This document shows positions 1-64,000 of a DNA stretch of 64,000 nucleotides, in pieces. The translations under genes were made by a program, and so were the position numbers. How positions within the stretch are numbered: position 1 is the first letter of the stretch; every line of letters begins with the position of its first letter. The notes below the pieces were generated by a model. It was not told the DNA's origin. It worked only from the letters and a program-made list of their open reading frames with translations, and made no database searches. This DNA is from the human T2T-CHM13v2.0 reference genome, Homo sapiens, in assembly GCF_009914755.1 (NCBI RefSeq), contig NC_060943.1; one strand, given 5' to 3'.

Positions 1-14300
<14,300 letters not shown>

Positions 14301-14899
14301 ACACAGACCTTTCTCTGTTGGACCCACTTTGTAGTGGAAGAACACTAAGGTCTGGAGAACCCCCCACCGCAGATGTCTTGGACCTCATCCCCAGTTCACT
14401 TTTGGCCATGCGTTTATCAGTCGAACACTTCCTAGGAATCTCTCTGTAGGCTGGGAGTCAGAGCCCCACTTCCAGAGGCTTCCATGCTGAGGGAGGGGAA
14501 GTAGAATGGGGGAGGGACAGAGCCCAGCACAGAAACTCCCAGTTTCATGAAATGTTTTCTAGCTCATGTGCAGGGCAGGGAAAAAAAAGAAGAAGAAGAA
14601 ATGTTTTCCCCAGTGAAATAGAACTCTGCTTCTTGGAGGGTCAGGGAAAACTTCCTGTAGGAGGGGACATTTCAGATGGGCTTTGAGGTATGTGCAGGAG
14701 TTCACTATCCAAGTGAGTTTATTTTCCAAGGAGGCTCCCCTCACTTACCCTTGTCAGGATGCCTGAGTGACTTTGGTGGTGAAAAAAGTCATCACTGAGG
14801 AAAGTCCTCATTTCTAGAGCTTTTGTACCTGTCTAATGTCAATATCCTCTTAGGATATTAAATTGTATTGTTTGTGTGTGTGTGTGTGTCTGTGTGTGT

Positions 14900-20660
<5,761 letters not shown>

Positions 20661-20914
20661 ACCCTACCTTTGTATTCCTTTGACCGATCATGAGCGCACT
20701 GACGCTCACAAACGCCTATGAGATGCGGGTGGCAGCAACTTATCTATTTCACATATTTTAACCCTTGTTTATGCCACATGCCGTAGGTTCTATCATTGCC
20801 CCATTTTACAGATGAAGAAACAGAGGCTTTGGCTGCTTGCCCGAGATCCTGTGGCTGGTAAGTGCCGGAATCTGAACTCAGAGAGCTGGGCCCTATAGAG
20901 TACGTGCCCTTAAA

Positions 20915-21690
<776 letters not shown>

Positions 21691-22544
21691 GCATGCACAT
21701 GCAGTCTCTCTGGCCATGCTCCTCCCTGCTTTAAATTCCTCCATGGCTCCTGTGGACCCCTGGATGAAGCCCCATGTGCCTGCCTGTCCTTAGGCCTCTG
21801 CCAGCTTCTCTCGCCCTCCTCCTGCCCCCTCCAGCCTCGCGGGCCATCCCAGCCTTCCCCGCCGTGTTCATGTAACTTCCCCAGTCTGCAATGCCTCCCA
21901 CTTCCTTCTTTGTCTGACCAGGCTATTTATTCATCTGGGCCCCAGCTATATTTGTTTCTGCTTACAGGAAGCCTTCACCCCAGCCCTGTTCCCTGCCGCT
22001 GTCCCATGCTTGTGTCTCCAGCGAGGAAGGCTTCTCCGAGCTCCAAAAGGCATTCTGGATGCTCTAGTTGAAGGGCAGGTGGGTGGGGGGTGGAGACCCA
22101 TCTTGGGAACCTGCCCTTAAGTGTGCACACAAGCAGATCTCCAATTCCTCAGTCGCCCCTCAAGATTCAGGGCTGGTTCCCTAGAAATCAGGTCGAGGCT
22201 GTGCAGCTGGGTGCTGTGCCTGCTATTGTATGTGATACTCAACAAACTTAGGAGGCCCCATGTTATATGCAAGGAAACAGAGAGAGTAAGCCAGTGATCC
22301 AGGGTCACACAGCAAATGGCAACAGGCTGAGAGATTTGGTCCCAGGGAGTCTAGCTATGGAGCAGCAATGCATATAGTCAGTGTCTGGCTTTGAGCCGGG
22401 AGTCTCCCACTCACTCATGAGCTGTGTGACCTCAAGGAGGTTTCTTACCCTCTCTGTGCCTCACAGGCTTTTTAACAAATTAAAATCCACAGAAGCCTTA
22501 ATAGACAGCGTGGCGTAGCAATCACTCTGTGTTACCTCGTATTA

Positions 22545-23001
<457 letters not shown>

Positions 23002-23327
23002 TAGCCTGAGCCACTTGGGGGCCTTCAAATCCCCGTTCTCCCCTCGCCCCCAGCTTTCATGCCCGCGGTTCCCTCATCTGGGCATGAGCTCTTCCGCCAT
23101 GTTTCTACTGACCTTTCCTGACCCCCAAGGCCGGGTCAGAGCCCTGTGCAGTTCCCGTCACGGCGCTGATGGCCCAGTGATGGTACTGCCAGGTGACATG
23201 TCCCTCTGCCTGACCCCCACTCTGGGCACTGGGAGCCCCTTTAGGGCTGGGACCAGGTGGGTCTTTGTGACCGCTCCGTCCCAGCGCCTGGCTTTGGGCC
23301 CTGCATGCAGCGGTTACTGAATGAATA

Positions 23328-23333
23328 TTTATT
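23328..23333 (-). terminator. GPR108 polyadenylation signal AATAAA
   Basis: tttatt on the + strand, about 380 nt past the GPR108 stop codon. Confidence 0.8.
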
Positions 23334-23711
23334 GAATATACAAAGACACGGACCCTGTGCCCGCGCCCCCGCCACACACAGCGAAAACAGGTTTCTACAT
23401 TGTAAACACAACCTCCGTGTAGACCCCAACCCCCAAAAAGGCAAGACAACGGCGTAGCCAAACAGATTGGTCATTATTGTACACATAGCTGGAAGGGAGG
23501 GGTGGTCCCGGGGTAAGGACAGGGCTGCCCAATATTTGGGGGGAGGAAGGGACTCTTCTTCCAAATGGGCTTGTCCGGGAACCGGGGTCCCGGGGAGCTG
23601 GGCGCCTGGTCCACATGGACCCCCTCCACCTCCCCACATACGCTGTGGAAGAAGGGCAGGAGTGAGAAATGCTGGGGGAGGACGACCCTTTGGTCTGAGA
23701 TGTGGAGGTGA

Positions 23712-30967
<7,256 letters not shown>

Positions 30968-33152
30968 CTCTGGAGCCACCTCCTCCCCGACTCCGCCTCT
31001 GGCGCCCAAGCCCGCCCACCGATGAGCCAATCGCCGCACGGCGGGGCCCGGCCTTTCGGAGTTTCCAGTCCGCCAACCAATCAGCAATTGCCTCTCCGCA
31101 AGCCCGCCTGCTTGCGTCACCGACGGACAGCACCGGTTCCGAATGGGAGAGCCGATAACGCTTAACCCCCAGCTCACTCTCACCAATCGCTATAAAGATT
31201 GTCCGGATGTGATTTAATGAGCAGTTTATCTAACCAATTGTCATGGATCTGATATCCGGCCCTTAAAGCGGAATTTCTCCACCCACTCTTAACTGTCCGG
31301 GACTACATTACCCAGAATGCAGCGGGAGCAGACAAGGGCCACAAAGCATTAAATAAACTACCTTTCCCAGTATCCCCAAGGACGGACTTCCTCTTCTTGA
31401 CCCAGGGATGTGGCTCCCAGCCAGAGCTGAGGCTTTTGGTAAACACACGCATCTGTTCAGGCCTGACCTGTTTTCCTAATCTTCCTGGTCCACAGAGAGG
31501 CCTAAAGCTGGCCTCAGGTTAAAGTTTGACCCTAGGATGACCTATGACCCCAGGCTGAGACCCCAGCCTTAGGCTAAGCCTTTTATTCCAGAGTGAGGCA
31601 ATTGGAGCCCCACCCCCAGATTCCAGGCTAGACCGGACTCCGGGCTGAACTCTGACCCCAGGTGAACTCCCTCTCTGCAAGTTGAGTCCTAACTTCAGCC
31701 TGAAACTCTGACACCCCCTCGTCCCCCACACCACACACTGAGGCTTAATCTCTGGTTTAGGCCACCGATCTGGACTAGCCCTGACTCCAGATTGGACCTG
31801 ACCCCTTACCGGGTTGCTAATCCTTCTGGTTAAGCCTCTGGCCTCTATCCCCTATCCCCACGGTGGTGCTGACCTGGACTGAACCCCAATTCCAGTTTGA
31901 GTCTCTGAGCAGAGGTGAACTCAGAACTTTGCTAGGCTGAGCCCCCATTTGAGACTAGCCACAGAACTCACTGGGTTCAATTGCCCAACTGCAATCAGAC
32001 ATTTTCTAGCTCAGAAGCCACCAGCAGGTGGGGCCAGGTCTCAGCAGAGACATCAGTCCCAGTGTGGGCTCCCAAGGCTCTCCTCCTGGGCTCAGCTGTA
32101 TCTCTCTGTTCTGGGAGCCTGGGTGCTCTGTGTAAGGGGAACGTATACCCAAGGGCCCCCCTGCAAGACGCCCAGCCTTGTCTGAGGCTGCAGAGAAAGC
32201 GCCAAAGCCCGGAGAGAATGGGAGTGGGAATCCCCAGTGCCTCCTCTCCTCTTTCATTCCAGCACCTCAAAGGGATTTACAAGGTGTGAACAGACTTTTA
32301 TGGGAGAGGTGACAGACTTCCCTTCTCCAGGGCCCAGATGGCCCAGATGTCTGGGGGAGGGGCGGAGTCGGAATCTCAGGGGCAGTACTGAGAATGAAAC
32401 CAGGTTAAACTGGAAAATGGGCAGATGCAGGCGCGAACTGGAAGGCAGCTGGGGAAAGGCCTGGGCCTGGCGCCCCAAGGACGGCCTGTCTTCAGTTTCC
32501 CAGCGGAGACTCTGGGGGAGGGAAGGCAGGATGCGGTGCGGGAGTTAATGGACCTGGCCTTGGCGAAGGCGCGTCCTGGGTTGGATCGAAACCCTCTCAT
32601 CCGCCCTGTGGCCGGAGGGACCAGACCATTAGTGGGACGAACCTAGACGCCTGGAGCCGGGCCGGCTCGCAAGAACGGGGTGACCTCAGGTTGCCCCTGC
32701 AATGGGGTTGAGGAAGGACTTCTTGAGTTTGGGGTTTTAGTGTCTTGGCCCTTTAAGGAATAATTGCGGGGAAAGGGGAAAAGGAGATGGGAAGAACCGT
32801 TTGGAGCGGGGAAGGAAGATGAGAGGACGAGAGGGACCCCGGGGATTTGGAAAAAATGGGTGGGGGTTCTTTAAGGGGTCGGTCCAGCGGCGTCGAGTGG
32901 CAACGTTGCTTTAAAAGGGGGCGGAGCGTCCGTTGGGCCCCGCCCCCGAATCGCAGTGCTTGGGCTCCGCGCGGGTGGGGGCGTGGCAGAGCGTGCAGGG
33001 GGGCGGGGAAGAGTCTGGGGTGGGCGGGGCCGGGCGGGGCGGGGCGGGGCCAGGCGCACCGCCCTCGGCTGAGTCTCCCCGGGGAGGGCTGCGGGCGGCG
33101 GGCGGCGGGGACCGGGTGCGGTGGTGGCTGCGGCGGCGGCGGCGGGAGCAGC

Positions 33153-44606
<11,454 letters not shown>

Positions 44607-45111
44607 ACCCTGCCAGAGACGGGAAGAGGGGGGCTGTCGGCTGCTGCTTCTGGGCCACGGGGAGCCCCAGGACCTATGCACTTTATTTCTGACCCCGTGG
44701 CTTCGGCTGAGACCTGTGTAACCTGCTGCCCCCTCCACCCCCAACCCAGTCCTACCTGTCACACCGGACGGACCCGCTGTGCCTTCTACCATCGTTCCAC
44801 CATTGATGTACATACTCATGTTTTACATCTTTTCTTTCTGCCGCTCGGCTCCGGCCATTTTGTTTTATACAAAAATGGGAAAAAAAAAAAAGAAATTATA
44901 TAAAGTTCCTAGAGTCGGTGTCTTATTAGAGGATTTAAATACTGGGACTGGAAGTATCTAACACCACGTTTCTTACAGGCCACACAGGGAATGAGGAAGG
45001 GGAGGTGATCTTGGGCACACCTTGGGTCAACCCTGCCCCTTTCTGGAAGTTGGCCTATGTCATTGTCAGTGGGTGTCTGCTTGTGACTCAGGTAGGGAGA
45101 AGGATACCAAG

Positions 45112-45708
45112 TTTCTTTTTTTTTTCTTTTTGAGACAGTCTCACCCAGTTGCCCAGGCTGGAGTGCAGTGGCGTACGTGATCTCAGCTCACTGCAGACTC
45201 CATCTCCCGAGTTCAAGCAATTCTGCCTCAGCCTCCCAAGTAGCTGGGATTACAGGCACACACCATCATGCCCAGCTAATTTTTGTATTTTTTGTAGAGA
45301 CAGGGTTTTGCCATGTTGGCCAGGCTGGTCTTGAACTCCTGACCTCAAGTGATCCATCTGCCTCGGCCTCCTAAAGTGCTGGGATTATGGCGTGAGCCAC
45401 CGCACCTGGCCAGGACACCCAAGTTTCATCCCTTCTGAATGCACTGCAGCTTCTGAGAATGGGTAGCACTTATTGAAGACCTACTGTGTGCCAGGCATTC
45501 TCCACCTGGGGTCTCATTCCTGGCCACAATTCTTAGAAAGTACACAGCCTCAACTTTTACATTTTTTAAAAGTTTTTTATTTTTCAGTTTTTGTAGAGAT
45601 GAGGTCTCACCATGTTGCCCTGGCTGGTCTTGAACTCCTGGCCTCAAGCCTTCCTTCCGCCTCGGCCTCCCAAAGTGCTGAGATTACAGGCCTGAGCTGC
45701 TGTATGGC
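45112..45708 (-). mobile_element. Alu (45112-45412) and Alu left monomer (45575-45708) between and within the convergent 3' ends
   Basis: Reverse-complement Alu consensus. Confidence 0.85.
45576..45581 (-). terminator. Probable SH2D3A polyadenylation signal AATAAA
   Basis: First tttatt (+ strand) beyond the SH2D3A stop, about 410 nt downstream, in the A-rich tail of an Alu monomer. Confidence 0.65.
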
Positions 45709-45987
45709 TATGATTTTGTTAAAGGCCGACACAGAGGTGAAGTCAACTGCTAGAAATCACGGCTTTTAAGAGGTGGAGTCACATTTGAACTCTGGCCTCT
45801 GATGCCAGATCTGCAGGTCACATGTTCACCATGGTCCAGGTGACCCTGACTGCGGTCCCCACCTCTTCTGTGAGGCACAGGGCAGGATTCCACCTGAGGC
45901 GCGAGGAGCCTGGGACGACTCCTTTGGTCTCTTCTGGGGTTCGCAAAAACCTGGGGGTCCCGGGTGTGAAGAAGGGTGTCTGCGCTC

Positions 45988-59179
<13,192 letters not shown>

Positions 59180-60579
59180 TTAAGATTTTTAAAAGGTCAC
59201 ATTTTGTAGCAATGTCAGCAAACAGCAATGTTGCCTTTGCAGATCCTTCTATTTCGGAGCCCATACATGTGGTTATCATGATGATTGAATTTGGATCTCA
59301 GACATTTTGGTAGTTTCCCGATAATCTCACAGGCCTCAGGGCCAGTGTGTCTCAGGTGTCTGGTGGGGGAGATTTCTCTGGATGGTCCAGAAGAAGATAA
59401 TCTGCTTCTTACTCTCCTGCAAGCTCTCCCTGCAGCCCTGCAAAGTCTTCTGGTGGGGTCTGCAGAGAAATTCCTGCCTCCTGAGTCAGCAGGAAGTTCC
59501 CAGACCAGCCCTAGGTGGCTTTAGGGGAGGAGCGCTGGGCAGGGAGCCAGCTGCCAGTGCCGCATACCTGAAGCCAGGTGTGTCTTTGCAATGCCTGCGC
59601 ACTTCCTGTTTGTCACCTGGACCAGGGCTAGCCTCGGTCGCAGAGTTTCCCAACCCCAAGTTCCTGTCTTGTGTCTCCCTTAGTGAGAGTGAAGTTGAGT
59701 CAATGGCAAGGTTCTGGTTAGTTTGAGGACACAGGGTGGCCATAGGTCAGCCAAAGGCCAACTAAGCCATCTCCTGCCTCTGAGTCCTTTGGGATCATTT
59801 ATTCGGGCACGGAAGAGAAGAAACGGGCAGAATCAGGAATCAGACCAAGCATAGAGAGAGGAGAGAGGGGATTATTCATGTTCCAGTTGGATCATAAACA
59901 TGTGTCCACGTGTGGGGAGGACGTGGAGGGTGGGAACCACCAGCACAGGCAACACAAACACAGATGTAGGCAGGACTCGCTTTTGACGTTGGACGACCAT
60001 TGCTGGAGCACTTGCTGTGCACCAGGCTCTGTTCTAGGACCTAGAGATACAGTGACTAAGGAGATTAAAGCTCGGCACCACCCTGCCCTCCAGAGCTTGC
60101 AGTCGGCTGCGCAAGACAGACTGCAAACGAGCACAAGATGAATGGAGAAGACAGACCATTTCTAAGAGTTATCAATGAAAGTGATAAGCCAGGGAGATGT
60201 GATAGAGGAGGCTGGACAGGACAGCCTCTCCTATAAAGTGACATTGGAACTGAGACCTCAGTACAGAAGGAGGCAGTTAGGCAAAGATTTGGAGGAGTCG
60301 CCTGGGTGAGGGGTACAGTAAGGGTAAAGGCCTGGAGCTGAGATGGACTTGCTTTTTACATTTTACATCATCAAGGCGGCTGGTGTAGCCGGAATACGAT
60401 GAGGAAGGAGTAGATAGGAGGGCAATGAGGTTGGAGAGATCAGGAGGAGAGACTAGGCAAAAACTAGTGGACTTTGAATTTTAATCTCTATGACCCAAGG
60501 GTTTTAAGTGAAGGAGGGGCCCGATCTGATTCGCCGTTTAAGAGGATCACTCAGGCAAAAATGGAAACAATGGCTTTCT

Positions 60580-61560
60580 GTGCTGCACAGGAAATACACT
60601 TAGAGAGGCACGCCCAGGTGAGCCCGAGCACACCGACACGCGTAACGCACAGCGACCCTCTCATTCGCGAGGCGACCTCTTCTACCCCAGATCCTCCCTG
60701 CGAGCCGGTGACCCCACCTGGAAAGAGAGGACTCCCCATCCCAATAATCCTGGTTCTGGATCTGCCCTGGGGCTCCACTCACCTGGGCAGGACCCGCGGG
60801 GCTCCCACGAGGCTGGGTCCAGGCGGAAGCTGAGGCTCCGCGGCTCCGGGCTGCTGTCACCCCCGCCCTCCACCTTGCCACCGCCCCAGCCTTCCCAGAC
60901 CACACCTAGTGGGAACTCAGCCCAGTTACCTGACCACACCTCCTGCAGACCCCGCCCCCTGCGGGCCCCGCCTCAAACTAACTTCCCAGGCCCTTGCTCC
61001 GCCCCCTTAAAACCATTTTTTTTGCTACTAGCCACGCCTCCTTCTGCATCGCACCGCTTTCTCCATAGACCCCGCCCACTAGGGGAGCACCACGCATCCT
61101 TTCCTGCCAGTGGCCCCTCCCCTTGTATATAGCCACGACCACCGCCGAATGACTACGCCCACCCGCAGCCACCTCCTTCTCAGCCCCGCCCCTTAGGGCA
61201 ATAGAAGAAATTTCATCCCAACGTTCCCGCCCCTTAGAACCCTGCCCCTCCCTTCCACCCAGGCGGCCCCAAGCACCCATGGCCCTTTGGGACCAGGGCG
61301 GGGTGGAGTGGGGTGCCTCTCTCCCCTCCCCGCCAAGGCTCCGGGTCAGGGCAGGGCAACTCCCTCGGGCTCTTACGCCAGGCTGGGGTAGCTGCGGCAG
61401 CTGTGACGTAAGGAGGGGTACGCTTCCTCCAGACCGCCCTCCCGGATTTTCCGGAAAGAAGCCCCATTTAGGTGGCGGGTTTTGTGGAGAGACGTCCGGG
61501 AAAACGCGACAGCTTCCTTCAGTGACAGCACGCTGGAGCGGGGCGGGACTTTGGTGGAGG
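60580..61560. promoter_or_regulatory. SH2D3A CpG-island promoter
   Basis: CpG-rich; multiple CCCGCCC boxes; TGACGTAA (61404-61411); CCGGAA ETS sites. Confidence 0.75.
60783..60900 (-). other. SH2D3A: SH2D3A probable non-coding exon 1 (5' boundary approximate)
   Basis: Donor CAG|GTGAGT at 60783/60782 inside a CpG island; exon 2 acceptor ttttacag| at 57213/57212 upstream of the ATG. Confidence 0.7.
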
Positions 61561-61729
61561 TGGAAGGCAAATCATTCAGGTGGTTTCCCAGGTGGGAAGA
61601 AGGGTGGGGGGGACTTCCATCGTGATGCCTGGAGACGAACAAGAGAAAAGGTGACAGGGACCTAGTGCAAGAGAGAGGACTCTTTGGCCACGTTTATTGA
61701 TGAGTTCCTCATATTAACATCAGTCTTGT

Positions 61730-63843
<2,114 letters not shown>

Positions 63844-64000
63844 TCAGGTGCAGTCAATAGAGCTTTCAATTATTTATTCATTCAACAGGTATTTAAGGGG
63901 CATGCCTATGTGTCAGGTGCTGCATAAGAGAGGGGTCAGTAGTGAACCAAAGAAACATAAATTCTTGAACAGACAATAAAGAAACAATGATGAGCGGGTG

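Overview
Human genomic DNA (chr19p13.3, recognised from the encoded proteins), GC- and Alu-rich. It holds four protein-coding genes: the 5' part of complement C3 (minus strand, exons 1-17; the gene continues left of the window), GPR108 (minus, 18 exons, 543 aa), TRIP10/CIP4 (plus, 545 aa, or 601 aa with a 168-nt cassette exon) and SH2D3A/NSP1 (minus, 576 aa). It also holds the intronic mirtron MIR6791. All exon boundaries were read from GT/AG junctions and the phases add up. From locus knowledge, VAV1 should start just beyond the right end. There is no CRISPR array, rRNA or tRNA, and I cannot demonstrate a new biological system from sequence alone. The best leads are: (1) a possible GPR108-to-C3 read-through splice, in frame into both C3 exon 2 and an acceptor-like site in the C3 5'UTR; (2) C3 intronic minisatellites that multimerise motifs (decoy 5' splice sites, octamer sites, CAGAC, forkhead/RUNX/TATA); (3) a complex templated insertion inside an Alu; (4) poly(A) signals derived from transposable elements; (5) the splicing-regulatory architecture around the TRIP10 cassette exon.
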